The notes under the pieces are model-generated. The model made no database searches. It was not told the DNA's origin and worked only from the letters and a program-made list of their open reading frames with translations. This document shows, piece after piece, positions 46,203 to 54,830 of a DNA stretch of 54,830 nucleotides. The stretch spans positions 91,012 through 145,841 of the forward strand of contig CAZWPK010000004.1 in NCBI GenBank assembly GCA_964635905.1. Reading direction: 5' to 3'. The stretch comes from an uncultured Pseudomonadales bacterium. Lineage in GTDB: Bacteria > Patescibacteriota > Microgenomatia > UBA1400 > UBA12028. Position 1 is the first letter of the stretch. Each line of letters begins with the position of its first letter. Made by a program: the position numbers and the translations under genes.

Positions 46203-47852
46203 ATGGAATGGCACATTCTTAACGAAACAATCCCTTCAAGTCTTCAAGAAATTCAAGAGATTTTGCTCTCTAATCGAAGCATCACGGATGCCACCACGTT
46301 TCTGCATCCTACAAAGCCCTCAGAGCTAACCTACGAAATGGTTGGACTTGATACCCAACAACTAACCATCCTGATTTCTCGATTGGAAATTGCTCACAAG
46401 AATAAAGAAACGATTGCTATCTATGGTGACTACGACTGTGATGGAGTCTGTGCCACGGCGATTCTTTGGGAGACGCTGCATAAACTAGGGTTTAAGGTCG
46501 TTCCCTTTATCCCTCATCGAGAACGCCATGGATATGGATTATCCAAAAAAGGCCTCGATGAGTTGTTTGAATCCTGTACGCCAGCAATTTTGATCTCCGT
46601 TGATAACGGAATTGTGGCCCACCGCCAATGGGAGTATCTGAAAGAAAAGGGCGTCTACACCGTTTTAACCGATCATCATCAACCCGATGATCAGTTTCCT
46701 ACTGTTGATGTCAGACTTCATACCACGCAATTATGTGGAGCGACTGTCGCCTGGATGGTCGCAGTCCAACTAGAAAAGCACTTTGCACAGAGCAGCGATT
46801 TTACCCATCAATTGATTGATTTGTGTGCCATTGCTACGATTGCAGATCAAGTTCCACTGCTTGAAGCCAATCGCTCGTTTGCAAAGTATGGTTTGGAACA
46901 ATTAAATAAAACAACCCGAGTGGGATTACTAAAGCTCATCGAATCTGCAGGCTTATCCTTAGGCAAATTAGATGTCTATTCTGTCAATTTTGCAATCGCC
47001 CCCAGAATCAATGCCATGGGGAGATTAGAACACGCGCTTGATGCACTTCGAGCACTCTGTACGCGAAAACCCGACAGAGTGGTTGAACTCATTGGAAGGC
47101 TCTCTGAAGTGAATCAAACGCGTCAAGATTTGACCCAGCAGTTAATTGACAAAGCACTTCTACGAGCCGATGAGTGGAAGGATGAACATATTATTATTGT
47201 CGAGGATGTTGATTTCCACGAAGGGGTAATTGGATTGATAGCAGGCAAGCTTACCGAGAAATATCATAAACCGAGTATCTGCATCAGCCTCGGAGAAATA
47301 ACAAGTAAAGCATCCTGTCGCAGTATTCCGGGAGTAAATATTACGGATCTTCTCCGAGAAATTTCAGATGATTTATTGGAAGTAGGTGGGCATCCCATGG
47401 CAGCGGGATTTAAAGTAGAAACGGCCAAGATTGAACAGGTGAAAGTACGATTAAAAGCACTTACAAAAATCCAAATCAGCGAACTGCACTTAAAACCTAG
47501 TATCGATATTGATTGTATTCTTCCTCCACCGCTTCAGTCATTGGAAACGGCAGAGCAATTGTTGACACTGGCTCCCTATGGAGCTGGTAATCGGGAACCG
47601 GTATTTCTGTTACAAGACATGCAGGTGCTTGCCTCTTCAGTCATAGGGAAAGAAGGAAAACACCTCAAAGTCAGTTTTCTTCCCAAAGAGGGGAAACCGA
47701 ACCAAGTAGTCTCGGCAATTGGATTTGGAATGGGACCCAAGATTGAAGAATATAGTCCCCAATCCTGGGTCTCACTGGTAGGCCACTTACAAATTAATCA
47801 GTGGAATAATAAGAAGACACTCCAGTTTGTGATTCGGAATGCTAGTTTCTAG
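46203..47852 (+). CDS. recJ: ssDNA-specific exonuclease RecJ
   Basis: YGDYDCDG, RERHGYG, SVDNG, TDHH, TIADQVPL, PRINAMGR, GGHPMAAG. Confidence 0.97.
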   Translation: MEWHILNETIPSSLQEIQEILLSNRSITDATTFLHPTKPSELTYEMVGLDTQQLTILISRLEIAHKNKETIAIYGDYDCDGVCATAILWETLHKLGFKVVPFIPHRERHGYGLSKKGLDELFESCTPAILISVDNGIVAHRQWEYLKEKGVYTVLTDHHQPDDQFPTVDVRLHTTQLCGATVAWMVAVQLEKHFAQSSDFTHQLIDLCAIATIADQVPLLEANRSFAKYGLEQLNKTTRVGLLKLIESAGLSLGKLDVYSVNFAIAPRINAMGRLEHALDALRALCTRKPDRVVELIGRLSEVNQTRQDLTQQLIDKALLRADEWKDEHIIIVEDVDFHEGVIGLIAGKLTEKYHKPSICISLGEITSKASCRSIPGVNITDLLREISDDLLEVGGHPMAAGFKVETAKIEQVKVRLKALTKIQISELHLKPSIDIDCILPPPLQSLETAEQLLTLAPYGAGNREPVFLLQDMQVLASSVIGKEGKHLKVSFLPKEGKPNQVVSAIGFGMGPKIEEYSPQSWVSLVGHLQINQWNNKKTLQFVIRNASF

Positions 47853-48114
47853 CGCCCCGATAATCTATCAGCTTCTCAAGAACCTCATTTTTACCGAGTC
47901 TGCTTGGTTTATTTGCTTCAACAATAAGGTAGGCCATGAATGAGTTCGCATAAATTCCAAGTGCTTTAAGAAATTCCGCATGTTCTTCTACAGAGGTGAC
48001 TTCGCCAATCCAGAGTTTACGCGTAGTTATAGCGTTTAATCGGCCGTTAGTTACTGCATTTGCAGCATCTAATTTCTTTTTATAGTGTTCTGAATTTCTT
48101 TGCTCCTGTGTCAT
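47842..48114 (-). CDS. hypothetical protein (90 aa), second gene behind the attenuator
   Basis: GGAG ribosome-binding site before ATG 48114. Confidence 0.55.
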   Translation of the reverse strand: MTQEQRNSEHYKKKLDAANAVTNGRLNAITTRKLWIGEVTSVEEHAEFLKALGIYANSFMAYLIVEANKPSRLGKNEVLEKLIDYRGARN

Positions 48115-48122
48115 AGAAACTC

Positions 48123-48302
48123 CTATTGGCGATTGCCTTTTTGCACATACCAAATGCTTTCAGAATTATCTTCTGTTTCCATTCGGAATAAAGTATTTCC
48201 GTCAATCTGTAGAACTTTTGGCATTTCACCCGTTATCGCACTCTCTCTAGCAGCTTGAATCCAAGCTTCATTTTGTTTTTTATATGGAGTTAAATTTTCC
48301 AT
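48123..48302 (-). CDS. hypothetical protein (59 aa), first gene behind the attenuator
   Basis: AGAAAGGA ribosome-binding site before ATG 48302. Confidence 0.55.
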   Translation of the reverse strand: MENLTPYKKQNEAWIQAARESAITGEMPKVLQIDGNTLFRMETEDNSESIWYVQKGNRQ

Positions 48303-48320
48303 ATTTTCCTTTCTCACAAC

Positions 48321-48347
48321 AAAAAACCCCCGGTTTTTAAGCGGGGG
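48321..48347 (-). terminator. intrinsic terminator/attenuator upstream of the 59-aa gene
   Basis: Minus strand CCCCCG-CTTAAAAAC-CGGGGG-TTTTTT. Confidence 0.85.
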
Positions 48348-48375
48348 TGTTGTGTTTTTAATTAATGTTACTTCA

Positions 48376-48447
48376 TTACTCCACACAAACCCCCAGTCCG
48401 CGAAGGACAGTGAGAGTGTTAATGGTAATGACGTGTTGGTTCTGCAT
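48376..48447 (-). CDS. putative 23-aa attenuator leader peptide MQNQHVITINTLTVLRGLGVCVE
   Basis: ATG 12 nt after a consensus -10; stop about 28 nt before the terminator; covers a predicted antiterminator strand. Confidence 0.55.
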   Translation of the reverse strand: MQNQHVITINTLTVLRGLGVCVE

Positions 48448-48459
48448 AGAACAAGAGGA

Positions 48460-48510
48460 ATTATAGGAAACCAGAGTCCCATTGTCAATCAGGCGATCTT
48501 TGTTTACAAT
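48460..48510. promoter_or_regulatory. divergent sigma70-type promoters with overlapping -35 boxes
   Basis: Minus TTGACA(48488-48483)-17-TATAAT(48465-48460); plus TTGTCA(48482-48487)-17-TACAAT(48505-48510). Confidence 0.8.
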
Positions 48511-48524
48511 AAAGATACGTTTTT

Positions 48525-48668
48525 TTGCTACGGTAGGAGCTAAGGTGACGCTTAGTGAGTAGTAACGGGTAAGCCCGAAATCGCTGGAACAAGAAACACA
48601 AAGGTGGCACCTCTTTTGCAGAACCTGCAAAGACCTTGGATTCTCAGGGTAGAGAGGTGTCTTTTTTT
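48525..48668 (+). ncRNA. T-box riboswitch (Asp specifier) with transcriptional terminator, upstream of aspS
   Basis: Antiterminator AAGG-[TGGCACC]-TCTTTTGCA/TGCAAAGA-CCTT; terminator GGCACCTCTTT/AGAGAGGTGTC+T7; GAC at 48547-48549 in the loop of CTAAG/CTTAG. Confidence 0.88.
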
Positions 48669-48693
48669 ATACGTTGTGGGGTAAGGAGAAACT

Positions 48694-50094
48694 ATGGAAC
48701 GCACGCTGATTAAAGCTACAAGTTCACAAATTGGAACCGTGGTGACACTGATGGGATGGGTCGATACAAAACGTGATCATGGAAAACTAACCTTTATTGA
48801 TTTGCGTGATCGAACTGGAATGATTCAGTGTGTCGGCTATCAAATGATGGGAGAATTGAGTACAGAATCTGTTATTTCCTTGACCGGACTCATCAACGAA
48901 CGCGGAGAAAAGTACGTCAATCCCAACACTCCAACCGGGAAAATAGAAATCGAAGTGCAGTCGTATGAAGTGCTCAATAAAGCAAGTGAGCTCCCGTTGC
49001 ATGTGCAAGGCGATGGCTTGGATATCAACGAGGAACACCGATTGCGTTATCGCTACTTAGATATTCGTCGAGAACGCATGAGTACAACATTACGATTACG
49101 CTCCCAGTATTTCCATGCGCTACGACAAGCCTTGGTCCAAAAAGACTTCTGTGAGGTGGAAACTCCCATTCTCTCGAAAGCAACGATGGAAGGGGCGCGA
49201 GACTTTTTGGTCCCCAGTCGTTTTCAACCGGGGAAGTTCTACGCATTACCCCAAAGCCCACAGCAGTATAAACAGTTATTAATGGTCGGCGGAATTGAAC
49301 GCTATTTCCAGTTCGCTCGCTGTTTTAGAGATGAAGATTTGCGAGCTGATCGAGGATTTGAATTCACACAATTGGATTTGGAAATGAGCTTTGCCAGTCG
49401 GGAAGATGTCATGGAAACGGTAGAATCTGTGGTCAAGGATGCAGTAAGTGAAGTCGGTGGGAAGCTCAAAGATGCAACCTTTCCAATCTTTACCTATGAG
49501 CAAGCAATGAAGCAATTCGGGGCTGACAAATTTGACTTGCGCTCCGAGCAAGAGAAAAAAGATGGCGTCCTTGCCTTTGCCTGGGTGATTAACTTCCCAT
49601 TTTTCAAAAAGGTGGATAAGGGCGATGCGGCCGAAGTTCGTGATGGGAAAAGTGGCTGGACATTCACGCATAATCCCTTTAGCTCTCCGTTACCTGAACA
49701 CATGGAATGGCATCTTGGCGGCACCAATATCGACCAAATCTTGACGACCCAGTATGATTTGGTGTGTAACGGCTATGAAGCTGGTGGGGGAAGTATCCGT
49801 GCCCATCGTCCAGAGCTCTTAGAGGCTACGTATAAGATCATGGGATACACGCCGGAAGAAACAATCGCGAGTATCGGGCACATGTTGGAAGCCTTCTCCT
49901 TTGGCGCGCCCCCGCATGGAGGAATTGCCTTGGGCTTAGATCGACATGTCATGATCCTTTCTAAGCAGCAAGCCTTAAAGGAAGCAATTCCATTTCCAAT
50001 GTCATCAACTGGCAGAACTTCCATTATGGATGCGCCAGCGACAGTCAGTGCGGATCAACTCAAAGAATTAGGATTGAACGTATCTACGATCTAA
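48694..50094 (+). CDS. aspS: aspartate--tRNA ligase, short form without GAD insertion
   Basis: RDHGKLTFIDLRD, RLRYRYLDIR, GARDFLVPSR, LPQSPQQYKQLLM, FRDEDLRADR, PPHGGIALGLDR. Confidence 0.97.
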   Translation: MERTLIKATSSQIGTVVTLMGWVDTKRDHGKLTFIDLRDRTGMIQCVGYQMMGELSTESVISLTGLINERGEKYVNPNTPTGKIEIEVQSYEVLNKASELPLHVQGDGLDINEEHRLRYRYLDIRRERMSTTLRLRSQYFHALRQALVQKDFCEVETPILSKATMEGARDFLVPSRFQPGKFYALPQSPQQYKQLLMVGGIERYFQFARCFRDEDLRADRGFEFTQLDLEMSFASREDVMETVESVVKDAVSEVGGKLKDATFPIFTYEQAMKQFGADKFDLRSEQEKKDGVLAFAWVINFPFFKKVDKGDAAEVRDGKSGWTFTHNPFSSPLPEHMEWHLGGTNIDQILTTQYDLVCNGYEAGGGSIRAHRPELLEATYKIMGYTPEETIASIGHMLEAFSFGAPPHGGIALGLDRHVMILSKQQALKEAIPFPMSSTGRTSIMDAPATVSADQLKELGLNVSTI

Positions 50095-50100
50095 ATTCTT

Positions 50101-51042
50101 ATGGCATCCACTGATCTACTCGATCGTTTCTGTCAGAGAGAAGATTTACACCAGTCGTTTGGCTACAAGAAATTGATGGAAAAGATCGGCTGGTCGAGTA
50201 TTTTTGTTTCGGGAAGTTATCTTTCTGTTCGCCAACTTGGTCCAATCTCTCTTGCCAAAATGCAACGTCCCAGCGTCATTGACCTGCCCAAATTGACTCA
50301 GCTTCGGAAACGATTATTGTTAGCCCATTTGATCGTAGAACCTGGTGCCGCAATCACCTTGGTCCCTTTCGTCGGGAAAAAACTCCAGTTAAATTTGTTG
50401 GAACAATCGGATTTGGCACGGTGTACCCAGAAACTAGCAGAAGCTGGACTGCAAGTCAGCAATGAACACTACGCGCACAGCAAGACAATGATTTTGGATG
50501 TTCAGGCGCCAATGCCAGAATTTCTATTAAGCTTGCCTCAGAAAACTCGCTATAACATAAAGCAAGCACTCAAAGCGGACGTTACCTACACCACGACAGA
50601 GTTTACAAAACTACAAGATACTGACTGTAGAGAGTTTTTTTCGTTACATAAACGATGGTCAAAAGAGCGAAAGATATTGGGATTTTCCCAACATTTTCTG
50701 ACTTCGATCTTTGAGGTCTTTCCCGGAAATGGATATCTTATTAGAGCGCGAGTGAAGGATGACCTGGTCGGTGCAATGATTGTTCTGATCCATTCCGGAG
50801 TAGGGTATTATTACTATACCTGTACAATTGCGCCGGGGTTTAAATCTCAGATACCAAGTGGATTGACGTACCATGCGATAACTATAAGCAAAACGCGTGG
50901 TTGTGATATTTTTGATTTTTGTAGTGTATACGATGAACGGTATCCGCAAGTAACTCCACGGTGGAAAGGGTTTAGCGAATTCAAATCCAGATTTAATCCT
51001 GTCGCAGTCTATTATCCACCGACATTCTCGCGCTGGATTTGA
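50101..51042 (+). CDS. FemABX-like peptidoglycan bridge aminoacyltransferase (GNAT)
   Basis: F.QS..Y, TMILD, QKTRYNIKQA, IFDF, GFSEFKSRF. Confidence 0.75.
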   Translation: MASTDLLDRFCQREDLHQSFGYKKLMEKIGWSSIFVSGSYLSVRQLGPISLAKMQRPSVIDLPKLTQLRKRLLLAHLIVEPGAAITLVPFVGKKLQLNLLEQSDLARCTQKLAEAGLQVSNEHYAHSKTMILDVQAPMPEFLLSLPQKTRYNIKQALKADVTYTTTEFTKLQDTDCREFFSLHKRWSKERKILGFSQHFLTSIFEVFPGNGYLIRARVKDDLVGAMIVLIHSGVGYYYYTCTIAPGFKSQIPSGLTYHAITISKTRGCDIFDFCSVYDERYPQVTPRWKGFSEFKSRFNPVAVYYPPTFSRWI

Positions 51043-51082
51043 AGACCATCGACAATCTGTAGAGATTCCTGACAATACCACT

Positions 51083-51985
51083 ATGCATTGGATTTCTGTG
51101 TTTCTTTCTTTGTTGCTATCTTGGCATCATCAACTCTATGAGCCGGTATTCCCCAAGTTACCAATCGTTTCAGAGTTGTCATCTCCGCTCCCGTTGACAT
51201 TGACCGTACCCACGGAAGCGACGAGTTCACCGCCACTACTGCAAGCAAAAAGTTATATCCTCATCGATCAGCAATCTGGCGAGATCCTAGCGGAACGTGA
51301 TGCAGACACCCGATTATTTCCGGCATCTACAACCAAGATCATGACTGCCATGGTCGTCTTAAATCACTTGCCACTAGAGTCCATCGCCTCCGTAAGCGGA
51401 TCGCCCCGTGCGGATGGGAGTCAGATGGGATTGATCGGAGGCGAACAAATCGCAATTAAAGACTTGTTGGCAGGGTTACTCATTCAGTCCGCCAATGATG
51501 CAGCCTTGGTTCTTGCTGCACAGTTTCCGGGTGGACAGCAAGCCTTTGTTAAAGAAATGAATAACACTTCCCAACAGCTTGGCTTACGCAATACCTTTTA
51601 TACCAATCCGATTGGCTATTCTGAGCCAGGGCACGTTACGACCGTTTCAGATCTCGTGATCCTTTCCAAAGAGGCGATGAAGAACCCAGTTTTTGCATCG
51701 TTGGTTAAAACACAACAGCTCACGGTCTATAGTGTCGATGGGAAAATCACCCATCCGTTGCGTACAACCAATGAGTTGCTGGGAATTCTACCGGGAATCG
51801 AAGGCATCAAAACAGGGTGGACCGAGGAGTCGGGAGAATGCTTAGTCGTCTCTACAACGCGCAATGGGAGAACGCTTTATTCTGCGGTCTTAAATAGTCC
51901 AAATCGGTTTTTAGAAACATCAGCCTTAATCGAATGGGGATATCTGTCTTCAACCGCAGTCACTAAACCATTACTTGAATGGTAA
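51083..51985 (+). CDS. D-alanyl-D-alanine carboxypeptidase (peptidase S11)
   Basis: PASTTK (SxxK), SAND (SxN), KTG. Confidence 0.92.
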   Translation: MHWISVFLSLLLSWHHQLYEPVFPKLPIVSELSSPLPLTLTVPTEATSSPPLLQAKSYILIDQQSGEILAERDADTRLFPASTTKIMTAMVVLNHLPLESIASVSGSPRADGSQMGLIGGEQIAIKDLLAGLLIQSANDAALVLAAQFPGGQQAFVKEMNNTSQQLGLRNTFYTNPIGYSEPGHVTTVSDLVILSKEAMKNPVFASLVKTQQLTVYSVDGKITHPLRTTNELLGILPGIEGIKTGWTEESGECLVVSTTRNGRTLYSAVLNSPNRFLETSALIEWGYLSSTAVTKPLLEW

Positions 51986-53059
51986 TTATTGCGTAATCCA
52001 GCGAGGATCGATAGCCGGAACATAGCCAACGTATCCTCCATCGCCTTCTAAGATATAAATTGGCTGCAAATACTGTTGTTCTTTTCCACTATCATAATAG
52101 CCCATTCGAATCGAACGAATAATCGCATCCGTTACACCTTCGGTGATAGCTGAATAGCCCTTTCCTTGAGACAGCATTTGAAATGCCACTTGTGGGCTAA
52201 TAATCGGATAGGTATGCACACTCTGATAATTTACTGGCAGGTAGTTGTATTCCATTGCCGTTAGCTGGATAGCTCGGTCGCGATGTCCGGAAATAATCGC
52301 CCGGACGGTTCCTTTGGAGGGTTTCTCAGTGACGACATCATATTTTGAGGCAATCGGGGAGCGGAAAATATCTACCTGTAAGAAATCGGCTTCTGATAAG
52401 CTCACTGTGTTGGTATAGGAAGTTCCAGATGCCTTTAAGTAGGTCACCTTAGCGCTACTGGTTGCGATATCTTTCTCGAGCAGTCCGGCTTGTGCCAACA
52501 GCTGTCGAGTTGTGCCGATCGCACTATCTTCTGATGGTAAACGGTTTTCAAGTAAATACGTTGGATCTGATTGCCAATCCAAGCGAAGTAAAAAGGTGCC
52601 ATTAATGATGTTGTAATCTAAGACCGCTGGAAGGGGTGTGGTGCGACGGAACCGATATTGTGTTCCATCTACTTTATCGGGGTCAAACAAAAATCCCAAG
52701 ACAGCTGCTTGTTCGCGTGCTTTATCTAATGCAAGCAAACTTGCACGTTTGGACGGCTGAAAGAATACCAAAGCTCGATCGGAGGGAGCTTTCATATTGG
52801 CGGCGTTAACTTCGAGTTTGTAGCGCTCTGGAGCACCACCTACAGCAGGGAACTGCAGTTTTGGCAAGATTCCAAAACCCACGGTGGGTGGAGGTGGCGG
52901 CTCTGGATGTGTTGCTTTCCAGAAGTTAACGGCGGATTCTAAGAACACACGTCCAACAATAAAGACGCCCAATGTAATTCCGCCAACAAGAATCACCTTG
53001 CGCATAAAAAATGCAGCTTGAGTGAGAGTGAGTGGTTTGGCAGGGGTAGAGGATGCCAT
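51986..53059 (-). CDS. membrane-anchored hypothetical protein
   Basis: N-terminal TM helix, Pro-rich linker, C-terminal LQPIYILEG..YVPAI. Confidence 0.7.
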   Translation of the reverse strand: MASSTPAKPLTLTQAAFFMRKVILVGGITLGVFIVGRVFLESAVNFWKATHPEPPPPPTVGFGILPKLQFPAVGGAPERYKLEVNAANMKAPSDRALVFFQPSKRASLLALDKAREQAAVLGFLFDPDKVDGTQYRFRRTTPLPAVLDYNIINGTFLLRLDWQSDPTYLLENRLPSEDSAIGTTRQLLAQAGLLEKDIATSSAKVTYLKASGTSYTNTVSLSEADFLQVDIFRSPIASKYDVVTEKPSKGTVRAIISGHRDRAIQLTAMEYNYLPVNYQSVHTYPIISPQVAFQMLSQGKGYSAITEGVTDAIIRSIRMGYYDSGKEQQYLQPIYILEGDGGYVGYVPAIDPRWITQ

Positions 53060-53124
53060 TGGGTATAGTATAACGGTACTCCCTTTAGGAGACTAGAGGG
53101 CGGAATAGTATAATCGTCCTTACT

Positions 53125-54561
53125 ATGACTGTTCGCACTCGAATTGCTCCCTCACCGACTGGTATCGCCCATATTGGCACTGCCTATATGGCGCTGTTTA
53201 ACTATGCCTTTGCTAAAAAACATGGGGGAGAGTTCATCATTCGGATCGAAGATACCGATCGAGCCCGTTTTGTGGATGGGGCTGAGGAAGTGATCTTTCA
53301 ATCCTTACAGTGGCTAGATATCCCGTATACCGAGGCTCCAACCATAGGTGGACCGTATGCACCATATCGACAGTCCGAGCGACTTCCCAAGTATAAAGCC
53401 GCTGCAGAAGAGCTGATAGAGAAGGGGCATGCCTATTATTGTTTTTGTTCTTCCGAAGAACTAGATCTCATGCGAAAAGAGCAGGTAGCACGGAAAGAAA
53501 TTCCCCGCTATGACCGACGGTGCACGAAATTATCTCCAGAGGAGATCCAAACACGTTTGGATCGGGGAGATAAGCACGTGATTCGGATGCGAATGCCAGA
53601 TCAAGAAGTGATTGCCTGGCAAGATCTTGTTCGAGGTACTGTCGAAATCAATACGAAGGAGTTGGACGATCAGGTTCTCATGAAGTCGGATGGATTTCCA
53701 ACCTATCATCTGGCGGTAGTCGTGGATGACAATGCCATGAAAATTAGTCACGTGATTCGTGGGGAAGAATGGATCAGTAGTACCCCAAAACATATTCTGC
53801 TCTATCGCTATTTTGGCTGGACCGCTCCGGAGTTTGCGCACATGCCATTGCTTCGAAACCCTGACAAAACCAAGATGAGTAAACGCAAAAATGATGTCTC
53901 GATTCCCTCGTATAAGGAAAAGGGATACCTTCCGTCAGCGCTTCGAAACTATCTATGTCTATTAGGCTGGTCTCATCCGGAAGAAAAAGATGTGTTTGAT
54001 TTGCCGGAATTCATCGAGAAGTTTACGACAGAGCGAATGGTAAAAAGTGGTCCCATCTTTGATACCAAAAAACTCCAGTGGATGAATGGAAAGTATATTC
54101 GAGAAAAGTTATCACTAGAAGAACTACTGTCAGCACTGCAGCCATTCCTGCCAGCTGATTATCCTAGTGATCTGTTACCACAAGTCCTTCCATTAGTCCG
54201 TGATCGTTTGGTTGTTTTAACCGATATTGGGCCATTAACAGAGTTTTTCTACAAAGACATCGCTCCAGCTGTTACTGATCTGGTTGGGAAGAAAGTAACA
54301 AAATCTGATGTCAGCGAATTCCTGTTACGCTGTAAAGAGAACTTGGAAGAAGTTGAAGTGCAGGACTGGAAAGCAGAGCAAATGGAAACATTGCTTCGCG
54401 ACTATTGTGACTCCAAGGAATGGAATCGTGGCGCTTTCTTTATGGCGCTTCGTGTCGGCGTCTCTGGAAGAACTACAACTCCACCATTGTTTGACATGAT
54501 TGAGGTACTTGGCAAAGAAAAAACCATCACCCGACTTTCCCAAACAATGAAGCTGCTCTAA
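53125..54561 (+). CDS. gltX: glutamate--tRNA ligase
   Basis: RIAPSPTG.AHIG, RIEDTD, YHLAVVVDD, IRGEEW, KMSKR. Confidence 0.98.
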   Translation: MTVRTRIAPSPTGIAHIGTAYMALFNYAFAKKHGGEFIIRIEDTDRARFVDGAEEVIFQSLQWLDIPYTEAPTIGGPYAPYRQSERLPKYKAAAEELIEKGHAYYCFCSSEELDLMRKEQVARKEIPRYDRRCTKLSPEEIQTRLDRGDKHVIRMRMPDQEVIAWQDLVRGTVEINTKELDDQVLMKSDGFPTYHLAVVVDDNAMKISHVIRGEEWISSTPKHILLYRYFGWTAPEFAHMPLLRNPDKTKMSKRKNDVSIPSYKEKGYLPSALRNYLCLLGWSHPEEKDVFDLPEFIEKFTTERMVKSGPIFDTKKLQWMNGKYIREKLSLEELLSALQPFLPADYPSDLLPQVLPLVRDRLVVLTDIGPLTEFFYKDIAPAVTDLVGKKVTKSDVSEFLLRCKENLEEVEVQDWKAEQMETLLRDYCDSKEWNRGAFFMALRVGVSGRTTTPPLFDMIEVLGKEKTITRLSQTMKLL

Positions 54562-54598
54562 ATAGAGTATCTCTGGTAAAATAGAACTCTAACTTTTT

Positions 54599-54672
54599 TG
54601 CCGGATCTGCTAATGGTAGGCAGCTTGACTCTGAATCAAGTAATCTAGGTTCGAATCCTAGTCCGGCAGCCA
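54599..54672 (+). tRNA. tRNA-Gln(CTG)
   Basis: TGCCGGA/TCCGGCA, CTTGA-CTCTGAA-TCAAG, GTTCGAAT, ends GCCA. Confidence 0.95.
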
Positions 54673-54830
54673 ATATAAAACTCGAGAGTGACCCTACTCT
54701 CTAATAGCCCGAAATGGCTTGCTAAGTGTCATTTTATTTTTAGGAAGTCTCGGACCGTACCCTTGTTATTCAGGGATTAAAACTTGATTTCCCCGCGGCT
54801 TTGCCGCGTGGGACCTTGAAGGAAGGTGCG

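Noticed and set aside
54741-54760. RNase P RNA start (AGGAAGTCTCGGAC resembles GAGGAAAGUCCGG)
   Set aside because: Imperfect match and the flanking stems do not fit P1-P3; left as an alternative to test

Overview
Bacterial chromosome window, inferred to be Patescibacteria/CPR (Microgenomates-like) from the short HolA, the AspRS without a GAD insertion, a PPAT-DUF359 fusion and many apparently leaderless genes. It uses the standard genetic code. Housekeeping content: the end of the alpha/S13 ribosomal-protein cluster, holA, a hexose-phosphate/nucleotide-sugar cluster, recA-recX-rny, pepF, metG, uvrA, rfbB/rfbD, cca, recJ, aspS, gltX and seven tRNAs. The main discovery is two inverted, near-equal-length elements (2646 and 2650 bp) inserted at a 4-bp CGAC core at the 3' end of two different tRNA-Pro genes. 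Each encodes a large serine recombinase (LSR) whose gene appears split by its own crossover site. In the integrated state it ends in a tail read from the antisense tRNA; circularisation at CGAC would fuse it in frame to a conserved orphan tail at the far end of the element. Behind element 1 lie two 557/558-bp units carrying divergent pseudo-receiver genes, joined by mosaic left-arm/CGAC/right-arm junctions. These resemble an integron-like cassette array anchored on tRNA-Pro and driven by a serine recombinase. Secondary highlights are an Asp T-box riboswitch with an apparently ultrashort stem I upstream of aspS, and, back-to-back with it, a leader-peptide attenuator controlling two unknown small genes. 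All alignments, folds and family calls were made by eye; mechanisms are inference.
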